NCBI GenBank assembly: GCA_963727805.1
Contig: CAVSHF010000005.1
Coordinates: 640,001 to 704,000, forward strand
Length of the DNA stretch: 64,000 nucleotides
Source of the DNA: an uncultured Nitrospiraceae bacterium
Lineage (GTDB): Bacteria > Nitrospirota > Thermodesulfovibrionia > Thermodesulfovibrionales > Dissulfurispiraceae
Reading direction: 5' to 3'
Shown: positions 1-9,664 of the stretch, piece after piece
Layout of the letters: every line of letters begins with the position of its first letter
Position numbering within the stretch: position 1 is the stretch's first letter
Made by a program: the position numbers and the translations under genes
The notes under the pieces: model-generated
What the model was told of the DNA's origin: nothing
Seen by the model: the letters and a program-made list of their open reading frames with translations, nothing else
The model's database searches: none

Positions 1-2
1 TA

Positions 3-1772
3 TTCAAGCCTTCGCAACAGGTGGTTTTTTACGGCCTTGTTAAGGCCAACTATTGGGGGAGCGGATTCGAGATGGTCAACCCTGAATTCGAGATCGTCGA
101 TGATGACGAAGACGATGACGATCATATCAACACCGGAAGGATCGTCCCTCTTTATGGCCTGACAGAAGGGCTCAGCCAGAGGCAACTCCGGAGCATTATT
201 CATGCAACGTTGAATAACACCCTTCCCTCTATTTCAGACCCCATGCCGGATGATATCATTGCCGGCCTCCGGCTTCCGGGGCTTACGGAGAGCTTAGAGG
301 CCGTTCATTTTCCTCCACCACAGACATCCCTCATTGATCTAAACAGCGGGACGAGCCCCTATCAGCAGCGCCTTGCCTTTGACGAACTCTTCACTCTTGA
401 GCTTGGGTTGGCAGCGATAAAGAACAGGGAAACCGCTGAAAAGGGCGTCTCATTTGTCCCTACCGGCAAACTCACTGGTAAGCTTCTGGAAAAACTCCCC
501 TTTAGACTGACCGGCGCTCAGCAACGGGTCATTGACGACATCACGAAGGACATGAAATCCAACGTTCCCATGAATAGACTCGTGCAGGGAGATGTGGGAT
601 GCGGGAAAACTATAGTCGCTTTAATTTCAATGCTCATCGCCGTAGAAAGCGGCTATCAGGCAGCCCTGATGGCACCGACCGAAATACTCGCTGAACAGCA
701 TTACTTCAATATCCTTAGTATGGCGGAGTATCTGGGACTGAATATCAATCTCCTCACTGGAAGTAAAAAAGAGAAAGATTACGACATCATCGCTTCTGGA
801 AATGCAGATATCGTGATCGGCACTCATGCTCTGATACAGGAAGGCGTATCGTTTAAAAAGCTCGGTCTCATCGTTATAGATGAACAGCACCGTTTCGGCG
901 TCATGCAAAGAGCTCAGCTCAGAAAGAAGGGAATCAATCCCGATACGCTCATAATGACCGCAACGCCGATTCCACGTACACTCGCCCTCACCTTTTATGG
1001 AGATCTCGATTATTCCCTTATAGATGAACTTCCTCCGAACAGGACTCCCGTGGACACCAAAGTCATTCGCGAGACACAGAAAGACATCGCATATGAACTG
1101 ATCAAGCGTGAAACAAAGGCGGGGCGGCAAGTATACGTGGTATACCCACTCATCGAAGAGTCGGACAAAACTACTCTCAGGGCTGCTATCACAGGAATGG
1201 AGGGGCTCCAGAAAAAATTCCCCACTCTCAGGGTTGGCCTAATTCACGGCAAGCTACCGACATCCGAAAGAGAAGAGATGATGCGGGAATTCAAGCAGGG
1301 CTCCATCCATCTTCTTGTATCCACGACTGTCATAGAGGTCGGCGTCGATGTACCTAACGCGACACTCATGGTGATCATTCATGCCGAACGCTTCGGGCTC
1401 TCGCAGCTCCACCAATTGCGCGGGAGGGTCGGAAGGGGAGCGGATAAGTCCCATTGCATCTTGCTTAATTACGGTGGATCTGTCGACGCGATGAAGCGGC
1501 TCGATGTCATGGCCCGCACCAACGACGGCTTCATAATAGCCGAAGAGGACCTGAATATTCGCGGTCCGGGTGAATTCTTCGGCACCCGGCAATCAGGACT
1601 GCCAGACCTCAAGGCCGCCAACCTCCTGCGGGATTATAAACTTCTTGAAGCAGCAAGGAAACAGGCATTCAGTCTGATCGCTAAAGACCCTTCTCTTGCG
1701 CGATATCCTAAATTGAGGATTGCCCTCGAAGACTTCTGGGGTAAGAGGCTGGAGTTGTTCAAAACAGCCTGA
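3..1772 (+). CDS. recG: ATP-dependent DNA helicase RecG (5'-truncated by window)
   Basis: Frame open from window start; motifs QGDVGCGKT, DEQHRFG, MTATPIPRT, QLHQLRGRVGRG and TRG motif DGFxIAEEDLxxRGPGEFFG. Confidence 0.97.
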   Translation, partial: FKPSQQVVFYGLVKANYWGSGFEMVNPEFEIVDDDEDDDDHINTGRIVPLYGLTEGLSQRQLRSIIHATLNNTLPSISDPMPDDIIAGLRLPGLTESLEAVHFPPPQTSLIDLNSGTSPYQQRLAFDELFTLELGLAAIKNRETAEKGVSFVPTGKLTGKLLEKLPFRLTGAQQRVIDDITKDMKSNVPMNRLVQGDVGCGKTIVALISMLIAVESGYQAALMAPTEILAEQHYFNILSMAEYLGLNINLLTGSKKEKDYDIIASGNADIVIGTHALIQEGVSFKKLGLIVIDEQHRFGVMQRAQLRKKGINPDTLIMTATPIPRTLALTFYGDLDYSLIDELPPNRTPVDTKVIRETQKDIAYELIKRETKAGRQVYVVYPLIEESDKTTLRAAITGMEGLQKKFPTLRVGLIHGKLPTSEREEMMREFKQGSIHLLVSTTVIEVGVDVPNATLMVIIHAERFGLSQLHQLRGRVGRGADKSHCILLNYGGSVDAMKRLDVMARTNDGFIIAEEDLNIRGPGEFFGTRQSGLPDLKAANLLRDYKLLEAARKQAFSLIAKDPSLARYPKLRIALEDFWGKRLELFKTA

Positions 1773-1846
1773 GTTATCAAGGCGAAGTTCAGGGGTTGCG
1801 AAATTTCTTCTGCAACATTACAATTAACAAGGCAGAGGGCAAAAAT

Positions 1847-2158
1847 ATGTACACTCGATTAAAGAATGATCTCGAAGACGGTTTAAACAAAATCAGATGG
1901 TTCGCCGATCTGCTTTCGGAACGGGTCAGGATCGAGTTGACTGTTTTCAGGCTCCTCTACCAGGCAGAGGAACTCAAGAAAAAACGCGATGTTCTTCTCA
2001 AAAAAATCGGCGAAGAAATTTATCATATGCACAACACCGAAAAAGACCTCCACCCCAGCACGGAAGTAATAGATATCATCAAGGAGATAGAGGCGCTGGA
2101 GCCACAAATAAAGGAGGCCTTCGACAAGGCCTCCGAGATAAGCAGGATAACATCATGA
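1847..2158 (+). CDS. hypothetical helical/coiled-coil protein
   Basis: ATG at 1847 after GAGGG; 103 aa charged helical ORF; stop overlaps pilD start (ATGA). Confidence 0.8.
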   Translation: MYTRLKNDLEDGLNKIRWFADLLSERVRIELTVFRLLYQAEELKKKRDVLLKKIGEEIYHMHNTEKDLHPSTEVIDIIKEIEALEPQIKEAFDKASEISRITS

Positions 2159-2925
2159 TCCTTTATGTAATAATCGCTTTACTGTTCGGCCTCATCATCG
2201 GTTCTTTTCTCAATGTGTGCATCTATCGTATTCCGAGAGAGCAGTCTATCGTCAATCCTCCCTCTTCCTGCCCCGTGTGCGGGGCGCCGATCAAGCCGTG
2301 GGACAATATCCCGCTTGTCAGTTATCTGCTGCTGGCCGGCAAGTGCAGAAAATGCGGAGTAAAGATTTCACTACGATATCCTGTAGTCGAGCTGCTCAAC
2401 GGCATAATGTATGCGGCGGTAGTGCTCCGTTTCGGCATCGGGTGGTACCTGCCGTTGTTATTCGCCCTTGTATCTGCTATGGTCGTCATCACCTTTATCG
2501 ATCTCGATTTCCAGATTATCCCTGATGTTATCACACTGCCTGGCATGATTATCGGCTTAGCCGCTGCTCACTTTCTCCTTCCGGATCCCTTTGCAAGATA
2601 TTCTGTCCTGGGCTTTTCGAATTCACTTATAGGCCTGTTTGCCGGAGGGGTTTCTTTCTATCTTATCGCCATCCTGAGCAAGGGAGGCATGGGCGGCGGA
2701 GACGTCAAGATGATGGCTATGGTAGGCGCCTTCATGGGGTGGAAGGGTGTGTTCCTTACGACTCTTATCGGCAGCCTCACAGGCTCTTTGGTCGGGATTG
2801 CCCTTATTCTATTCAAAGGTAAGGGGAGAAAGACTAAAATACCCTTCGGCCCTTTCCTAGCGCTCGGTTCGTTTGTGACCCTTTTTTTCGGCAGTTTCAT
2901 CATTGATTGGTATTTTCCAAGCTAG
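2155..2925 (+). CDS. pilD: prepilin peptidase (A24)
   Basis: GSFLNVCIYRIP, two CxxC pairs, IDLDFQIIPD, GMGGGDVK, IPFGPFL; start at ATG 2155. Confidence 0.95.
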   Translation: MILYVIIALLFGLIIGSFLNVCIYRIPREQSIVNPPSSCPVCGAPIKPWDNIPLVSYLLLAGKCRKCGVKISLRYPVVELLNGIMYAAVVLRFGIGWYLPLLFALVSAMVVITFIDLDFQIIPDVITLPGMIIGLAAAHFLLPDPFARYSVLGFSNSLIGLFAGGVSFYLIAILSKGGMGGGDVKMMAMVGAFMGWKGVFLTTLIGSLTGSLVGIALILFKGKGRKTKIPFGPFLALGSFVTLFFGSFIIDWYFPS

Positions 2926-3060
2926 ATCAGATATAATAAAAATCTGCATCAACCAAGTAACCGTCTTTCATAGTTCATCATGATCGGGGAAATAATGAAG
3001 GTTGGATGTCTATTCAAACTAATAACATTTAATGGTTAATCGAGGTCAAGGGAAGAATTA

Positions 3061-4869
3061 ATGAGAAGAGAAGATTTAAGAAATATCGCCATCATCGCCC
3101 ATGTCGACCACGGCAAAACTACACTCGTCGACGGGATGCTGAGGCAGGCTGGCATCTTCAGGGCTAATCAGCAGATCCAGGAGCGTGTTATGGACTCTAA
3201 CGATCTCGAGCGGGAGCGCGGCATCACGATCATGGCAAAAAATACAGCGGTAGAATATCACGGCTGCAAGATCAACATTGTCGACACCCCCGGCCATGCT
3301 GACTTCGGAGGCGAGGTAGAACGGATACTCAAGATGGTCGACGGTGTGCTACTTTTGGTCGATGCCTCGGAAGGCCCTCTCCCCCAGACCCGCTTCGTGC
3401 TCAAAAAAGCCCTGGACCTTCACCTCAAGCCCATCCTCGTAATTAACAAAATAGACCGACCCGATGCTCGTATCCAGGAAGTGCTGAATGAAGTATACGA
3501 TCTTTTCATTGATCTCGATGCCACCGAGGAACAACTCGAATTCCCCATCGCCTACACAAACGCAAAGCGTGGCACCGCCACGACAAATCTTACTACTGAG
3601 GGCGAGAACCTGAAGCCTCTATTTGATCTCATCCTAAGCACTATCCCAGCGCCAGAGGGCGACCCTAAGGGCATACTACAGCTTCTCGTAACGAATATCG
3701 ATTACAACGACTACGTAGGGCGCCTTGCCATTGGCAAAATATTTTCGGGTACGGTAAAAGTCGGGAACCAGGTCGCCATGTTCACGCATGACCAGAAGCT
3801 TGTGAAGACCAAGATTACCTCCATCTTTACCTTCCAAGGACTCGAACGGATCGATGCAACTGAGATAGCTGTCGGAGATATCGTCGCCCTTGCAGGACTT
3901 GAGGGGATCAATATCGGGGACACTATAACCGACATCGAAAATCCCAAACCCCTGCCAAGGATCACCGTAGACGAGCCGACGATTTCGATGGTTTTTTCGG
4001 TCAACACATCGCCTTTTTCAGGTCTTGACGGGAAATACGTGACATCGAGACACTTGCGCGAGAGACTCGAAAAGGAACTCCTTTACAACGTTGCCATAAA
4101 AGTAGAATTCGATAACCCCGACTCATTCAAGGTAATGGGGAGAGGAGAGCTTCAGCTCGCCATATTGATCGAAATGATGCGGCGGGAAGGATACGAGCTT
4201 TCCGTTTCAATGCCTGAAACAATCACTAAGGAGGTAGACGGCAAGCTGCACGAACCCATGGAACTGCTCGTCATTGATATCCCCGAAGATTTCGTGGGTG
4301 TCGTTACTCAGCAGGTAGGGATGCGTAAAGGCCGGATGCAGAAAATGCAGAACAACGGCCACGGAAGGGTACGGCTCGAATTCAGGATACCGTCTCGCGG
4401 CCTAATAGGCTTCAGGTCACAATTTCTTACGGATACAAAAGGCACCGGACTCTTAAACCACATTTTCGACGGCTACGAGCCTTGGCACGGTCATATGACA
4501 AAGCGCCAGACAGGAGTTCTTGTTGCCGACAGGCCTGGCAAATCAAATACATATGCCCTGTTTCACCTTCAACCGAGAGGCACCCTCTTCATTCGCGAAA
4601 ACACGCCTGTCTACGAGGGAATGATTGTCGGCGAAAACGCCAGGGAAGCGGACCTCGACGTTAACGTAACCAAGGAAAAGAAACTCACCAATATGCGGGC
4701 CGCAAGCGCAGACGACATTATGCAGCTTATCCCTCCAAGGCTCCTAAACCTTGATCAGGCACTAGAGTTCATTAAAGAAGACGAACTCGTTGAAGTGACG
4801 CCCCAATCGGTTAGGCTGAGGAAAAGTGTGCTTGAAGCAAATAAGAGACCTAGGGCGAATAAAGCCTAA
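3061..4869 (+). CDS. typA: translational GTPase TypA/BipA
   Basis: [56 protein letters not shown]. Confidence 0.97.
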   Translation: MRREDLRNIAIIAHVDHGKTTLVDGMLRQAGIFRANQQIQERVMDSNDLERERGITIMAKNTAVEYHGCKINIVDTPGHADFGGEVERILKMVDGVLLLVDASEGPLPQTRFVLKKALDLHLKPILVINKIDRPDARIQEVLNEVYDLFIDLDATEEQLEFPIAYTNAKRGTATTNLTTEGENLKPLFDLILSTIPAPEGDPKGILQLLVTNIDYNDYVGRLAIGKIFSGTVKVGNQVAMFTHDQKLVKTKITSIFTFQGLERIDATEIAVGDIVALAGLEGINIGDTITDIENPKPLPRITVDEPTISMVFSVNTSPFSGLDGKYVTSRHLRERLEKELLYNVAIKVEFDNPDSFKVMGRGELQLAILIEMMRREGYELSVSMPETITKEVDGKLHEPMELLVIDIPEDFVGVVTQQVGMRKGRMQKMQNNGHGRVRLEFRIPSRGLIGFRSQFLTDTKGTGLLNHIFDGYEPWHGHMTKRQTGVLVADRPGKSNTYALFHLQPRGTLFIRENTPVYEGMIVGENAREADLDVNVTKEKKLTNMRAASADDIMQLIPPRLLNLDQALEFIKEDELVEVTPQSVRLRKSVLEANKRPRANKA

Positions 4870-4919
4870 TTTACCGTGTTATAATTCCTGAGGCCCAACA
4901 GTGCTCTGGAATAAGAAAC

Positions 4920-5723
4920 ATGTTTAACGAAAAAGGCAAAATAGGTTTAAAAGCAATCCTGCTTATCTTGATTTCCGCCTTTATTCTTAGCATATCTGTC
5001 TATTTCGTCTACCCTGACGTCGCAAAGCTAAAAAAAGAGAATCCAAAAAAGACCTCCTTCATCGAATACCGCCAAAAGCAATGGCAGGAGGAAGGCAAGA
5101 AAATAACAGTCCACCAATACTGGGTGCCCCTTGCCCGCATTTCGAATTATATGACAAAGGCCGTCATTATCGCCGAGGATGATAAGTTCTGGTCCCACGC
5201 TGGTTTTGATTTCGATGCAATCGAGAAGTCGTTTGAAAAAGATCTCAAGGAAAAGAAATTCAAATTCGGCGGTAGCACCATAAGCCAGCAATTGGCAAAG
5301 AACCTTTTTCTCTCTCCGTCGAAAAATCCCCTTAGGAAGATAAAAGAGGCAATACTCACATGGAGGCTAGAAAAGAATCTTTCCAAGCGAAGGATTCTTG
5401 AACTTTACCTCAATGTTGCGGAATGGGGAGAAGGCATCTTCGGGATCGAGGCTGCATCACTCCACTATTACGGGAAACATGCTTCCGATCTCAGTGCTGA
5501 AGAAGCCTCACATCTCGCTTCGGTGCTTCCCAACCCAAGGAAATATAACCCTGTCGGCACATCTCGGTACGTGAACAACCGCTCGCATGTTATCTACGAG
5601 ATCATGGTCAGAAGAGGAATAGTGGTTGAGGAATACGAGGACGTAATAAAGACTCCTGATAAGGTCCCCGAGGCAGAGGATTCTCAGCGCATTATCGACA
5701 AGATGACCGTCCCGGTAAGATAA
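4920..5723 (+). CDS. mtgA: monofunctional peptidoglycan transglycosylase
   Basis: N-terminal TM helix; EDxKFxxHxGFD, GSTISQQLAKNLFL, ILELYLNVAEWG. Confidence 0.92.
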   Translation: MFNEKGKIGLKAILLILISAFILSISVYFVYPDVAKLKKENPKKTSFIEYRQKQWQEEGKKITVHQYWVPLARISNYMTKAVIIAEDDKFWSHAGFDFDAIEKSFEKDLKEKKFKFGGSTISQQLAKNLFLSPSKNPLRKIKEAILTWRLEKNLSKRRILELYLNVAEWGEGIFGIEAASLHYYGKHASDLSAEEASHLASVLPNPRKYNPVGTSRYVNNRSHVIYEIMVRRGIVVEEYEDVIKTPDKVPEAEDSQRIIDKMTVPVR

Positions 5724-5748
5724 TCAAATCGTAATCTTTTCATCCGCT

Positions 5749-6132
5749 TTACCAGGCAGTAACTTCACGTGGCGTTATTTTCTGTAAATTATCAATATCA
5801 TCAGTTCTCTTTTGTTCACATCCACTTCCTTCACTACTGTAGTCGACTATTATGTCCCGCGGATTTATCTTCCAGTGTAGGGAACACTCCCGGCCGAGGG
5901 GCTCTACGAACACATAATACCCGTTGGTCAATGGATAGGTTTTCTCCTGCCAGCCGACTTTCGAGGCATATGACTCGGGGCGATTCATGGCCTGTTTAAG
6001 TTCCGACAACGGTCTAGATATCCATTCATTGCTGCGCTCATCAACATATTGCGGAGTTGCGCACCCGCAAAGTAAAACAAGCAGCAGGAGAAAACCCCAT
6101 TTCTCAGTAAACACAATCAATCGACATTGCAT
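5749..6132 (-). CDS. hypothetical lipoprotein
   Basis: Hydrophobic stretch ending in lipobox-like LLCGC; GGAG upstream of ATG. Confidence 0.7.
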   Translation of the reverse strand: MQCRLIVFTEKWGFLLLLVLLCGCATPQYVDERSNEWISRPLSELKQAMNRPESYASKVGWQEKTYPLTNGYYVFVEPLGRECSLHWKINPRDIIVDYSSEGSGCEQKRTDDIDNLQKITPREVTAW

Positions 6133-6190
6133 GACTCACTCCTCATCACTTTTGGTTGATATAGTATCTTAACAGATGCTTTCTGAAAAA

Positions 6191-7069
6191 TCATGAACGA
6201 TAGAGCAATTTCAGGTACTCCTGCACTGGTTTAGAAAGGTATTTGTCTTTCAAATAGACTACCCCGAGTTCCCTTGAGAAAGTCACATCAGCGATCTTCG
6301 ATTTAGCAAGCACCCCGCTTTTCACTTCTATTTCGACCGCCTTATCCGGAAGGACTGAAATACCGAGCCCGGCCCTCACAAGGCTCTTTATAGTTTCCAA
6401 GTAGGCGACCTCCATCGCGATATTTGGGGTCAGCCCTTTCTTGGAGAAGGCCACATCAATCATTTTTCTCGTTTCAGTCCCGGCCTCCGTTAGTATCATT
6501 GCATGTCTAGCAACGTCTCTAAGCCTGACAACTGAAAGGGACGCCAGCGGATGGCCCCTCACATATACCAGAGACATCGGATCCTCCCAAATCGTTTTAG
6601 TGAAAAGGTGTGCAGCCGGTTTCGGCAACGTTATCACCCCGAGATCCACAAGGTTTCTGTTCACCATTTCCAGGACAGTCTCTGAACGATGACAGCGGAG
6701 TTTGAGGTCAACTTTCGGAAAGGCGTTGATGTAAGATTTGAGCACGTCGGGGAGCCTATGAATACTGATGTGGTCGCTAGTTCCGATAATGAGTTCACCT
6801 GAGCATTCGGCGGACATGTCCTTGACTGCAATCTTGGCCTCCTCAACCGAACGCAGTATTCTGTCCACATGCGTATAAAGCACCTCACCAGTCTTTGTGA
6901 GATAGATCTTTTTGCCTATCCGGTCAAAAAGTCTTTCACCAAGTTCGTCTTCGAGCGCCTTTATCTGCTTGCTTACTGCCGGCTGAGTGATAAGAAGTTT
7001 TTCAGCTGCACGGCTTATGCTGTTGGTCTCAGAGACCTTTTTGAAGTAGGTAAGCTGATAGAAATTCAT
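6191..7069 (-). CDS. LysR-family transcriptional regulator
   Basis: HTH SISRAAEKLLITQPAVSKQIKALEDELGERLFDR; 292 aa; divergent from leuCD. Confidence 0.95.
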   Translation of the reverse strand: MNFYQLTYFKKVSETNSISRAAEKLLITQPAVSKQIKALEDELGERLFDRIGKKIYLTKTGEVLYTHVDRILRSVEEAKIAVKDMSAECSGELIIGTSDHISIHRLPDVLKSYINAFPKVDLKLRCHRSETVLEMVNRNLVDLGVITLPKPAAHLFTKTIWEDPMSLVYVRGHPLASLSVVRLRDVARHAMILTEAGTETRKMIDVAFSKKGLTPNIAMEVAYLETIKSLVRAGLGISVLPDKAVEIEVKSGVLAKSKIADVTFSRELGVVYLKDKYLSKPVQEYLKLLYRS

Positions 7070-7077
7070 ACTTTTAG

Positions 7078-7092
7078 TTATCGTTATGATAA
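7078..7092. promoter_or_regulatory. putative LysR T-N11-A operator
   Basis: Palindrome TTATC-N5-GATAA in the AT-rich divergent spacer just upstream of the LysR start. Confidence 0.5.
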
Positions 7093-7184
7093 ATATAATG
7101 TATTTTTATAATGTTTAATTTTATGATATATTAAATTCAGAAAAAGCGCAAAGTATTTTGACCCATAAAACGGAAGGTGAAGAA

Positions 7185-8480
7185 ATGGCGATGACACTGG
7201 CGGAAAAAATTTTCAAGTCACATCTGAGGGACGAACCATTCCCGGGAGCAAAAGTGCTGAATCTCGACGTGGTTCTATGTCACGAGATAACGACCCCGAT
7301 AGCTATAAACGACCTTATTGCGCGGGGCAAGGACAGGGTTTTCGACCCGCAGAAGATAAAGGCCGTGATCGACCATGTGACCCCGGCAAAAGACAGTAAG
7401 ACTGCCCAGCAGGGTAAGATCATGAGAGACTGGGCCAGGAGGCATGCTATCAGAGACTTTTTCGATATCGGAAGAAATGGAGTCTGCCATGCAATCTTCC
7501 CGGAAAAAGGATTTATCCGGCCGGGCTATACCGTCATCATGGGCGACTCCCACACCTGCACGCATGGGGCCTTTGGTGCCTTTGCGGCAGGCGTCGGAAC
7601 CACTGACCTCGAAGTCGGCATTCTGAAGGGAGTATGCGCATTTAGGGACCCAGGGACGATCAGGATAAACATCAACGGCAAAGTCCCGGATGGGATCTTC
7701 GCCAAAGACATCATATTAAAAGTTATAAAGACATTGACCGTGAAAGGCGCGACCGACTGCGTGATCGAGTTCCGCGGGAATGTTGTGAAAGGTATGACAA
7801 TGGAGAGCAGGATGACCATCTGTAACATGGCGATAGAGGCAGGTGCGACATCAGGGATATGCATGCCCGATGAGGTCACAGTCGATTACCTCTGGCCTTT
7901 TATATCTCCTGACTATAAGGATAAGATCGCTGCCATCGAAGATTTCAAAAAATGGTGGTCCGACGACGACTGTTCGTATATGAAAGTCCTCGACATCGAT
8001 GTGTCCAATATGGAACCACAGGTAACATACGGCTATAAGCCAGATGAGGTAAGGGACATTTCTGAGATAGAGGGGACGCCTGTAGACCAAGTTTATATCG
8101 GGTCATGCACTAACGGCAGGATCGAAGACCTCCGTGTTGCGGCTGCTTTCCTGAAGGGGAAGAAAATCGCTCCTTTTACAAGGGGAATTGTTTCACCGGC
8201 CACCCCACACATATTCAGGCAAGCCGACGATGAAGGGATAATAAAGATATTCATGGATGCTGGTTTCTGTGTGACGAACCCTACCTGCGGTGCGTGCCTC
8301 GGGATGTCAAACGGTGTGCTCGCCCCAGGCGAGGTCTGTGCATCCACGACTAACCGCAATTTCAACGGCAGAATGGGAAAAGGCGGTATGGTCCATCTTA
8401 TGAGCCCTGCAGTAGCCGCTGTTACGGCGTTAGAGGGCAAGATAGCTGACCCGAGAAAATTCAACAGGGAGAAAATCTAA
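7185..8480 (+). CDS. leuC: 3-isopropylmalate dehydratase large subunit (short LeuC/HacA type)
   Basis: DSHTCTHGA, IGSCTNGR, CGACLG, STTNRNFxGRMG aconitase-family motifs. Confidence 0.9.
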   Translation: MAMTLAEKIFKSHLRDEPFPGAKVLNLDVVLCHEITTPIAINDLIARGKDRVFDPQKIKAVIDHVTPAKDSKTAQQGKIMRDWARRHAIRDFFDIGRNGVCHAIFPEKGFIRPGYTVIMGDSHTCTHGAFGAFAAGVGTTDLEVGILKGVCAFRDPGTIRININGKVPDGIFAKDIILKVIKTLTVKGATDCVIEFRGNVVKGMTMESRMTICNMAIEAGATSGICMPDEVTVDYLWPFISPDYKDKIAAIEDFKKWWSDDDCSYMKVLDIDVSNMEPQVTYGYKPDEVRDISEIEGTPVDQVYIGSCTNGRIEDLRVAAAFLKGKKIAPFTRGIVSPATPHIFRQADDEGIIKIFMDAGFCVTNPTCGACLGMSNGVLAPGEVCASTTNRNFNGRMGKGGMVHLMSPAVAAVTALEGKIADPRKFNREKI

Positions 8481-9004
8481 TGAAACAGTTCGGAGGCAAG
8501 GTCCTTTTTCTTGACAGATCTGATATCAATACGGATGAGATAATTCCGGCGAAATATCTTACGGAGATTTCGAAGGAGGCGCTGAAACCCCACATGCTCG
8601 AAGACTTAAAACTGGAAGAGTTCACTCCCACTAGCTCGTCAGTCCGCGAAGCAAAGGTGATTGTCACAAGGGCCAATTTCGGATGCGGGTCGTCACGCGA
8701 ACATGCTCCGTGGGTGTTTGAAGTGAATGACATTAATGTTGTCATAGCATCAAGCTTTGCCCGCATATTCAGGCAAAACATGTTCAACTGCGGCATGCTT
8801 GCAATAGAACTCTCGGAAACAGCAATCGAGGCCCTTTTTGAACAGAAAGGAAAGGATGCTTCAATAAAGCTCGATTTCGAAAATGATAACTTGATGATCC
8901 ACTCAGAGAAAGGGGAGAAATATTTTGATTATCAGATCTCTGAATTCGATAAGGCCCTTGTAGAAGCTGGGGGATGGGTGGAGTTCGCAGACTCAAAATA
9001 TTAA
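8480..9004 (+). CDS. leuD: 3-isopropylmalate dehydratase small subunit
   Basis: DINTDEIIPA, NFGCGSSREHA, SFARIFRQN; TAATG coupling to leuC. Confidence 0.92.
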   Translation: MKQFGGKVLFLDRSDINTDEIIPAKYLTEISKEALKPHMLEDLKLEEFTPTSSSVREAKVIVTRANFGCGSSREHAPWVFEVNDINVVIASSFARIFRQNMFNCGMLAIELSETAIEALFEQKGKDASIKLDFENDNLMIHSEKGEKYFDYQISEFDKALVEAGGWVEFADSKY

Positions 9005-9161
9005 AATATCGACTTCCCACGGAACAGTTTTTAGCATAATAAAAAAAATAGCGTGATTCGCCTTTCAATTGCTCAGCTTTTTTTACCACTCGAAGTGAGC
9101 GCTAAAAAAAGCTGGTATAATCATTAAGTTACGATTGGTTTCGGCTTTGGACCTAATCTAT

Positions 9162-9575
9162 CTAGCTTGCGTCTAACGCCTTGGCTGCCTTATTCACATC
9201 CTTGGGTTCAACCCATAAGATGGCAGCATAGAGACCAGCGCCGGCCGCTACTGCATCAATGGCCGTGATGTTAATCTTCTTCTGAGCAAGTATCTTCAGC
9301 AGGTCTGCTACAGCGCCTTTCCGGTCATCTCCCCGTATCAAGAATGCAAACTTCTGGGGACGCGTCTTTAACTTCGCCCCCTTGACTGCTGTCTTGAACA
9401 CAGCCACATCTTCAGGAATGAAATCGATCTGCGCTTTCCTGCCGCTAGGGAACCCGGTAAATGCCAGCAGATCCACTCCCGCATCCGCTAATGCTCCCAG
9501 CACCCGTGCGCCCTCTCCTGGTTTGTTAGGAATGTCCATCGCAAAATACCCCACCTTCCTGACAATGATCGCCAT
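9162..9575 (-). CDS. tandem ACT-domain protein
   Basis: Two ACT-like repeats (IPNKPGEGARVL; GDDRKGAVADLL...INI); AGGAGG RBS. Confidence 0.8.
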   Translation of the reverse strand: MAIIVRKVGYFAMDIPNKPGEGARVLGALADAGVDLLAFTGFPSGRKAQIDFIPEDVAVFKTAVKGAKLKTRPQKFAFLIRGDDRKGAVADLLKILAQKKINITAIDAVAAGAGLYAAILWVEPKDVNKAAKALDAS

Positions 9576-9664
9576 ATCCGCAACCTCCTTTTAACACACA
9601 GTATATCAATGTCTGAATGTGCTGCCTATAGAGAGGAAGTGGGCACGACCTTGCGACGTGGCCC

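Noticed and set aside
1897..2154. Long N-terminal extension of pilD in the ORF track; similar extensions on clpX, DUF711, gltA, murA and secY
   Set aside because: Upstream in-frame codons mostly overlap neighbouring genes or promoters; RBS and family N-termini support the downstream starts.
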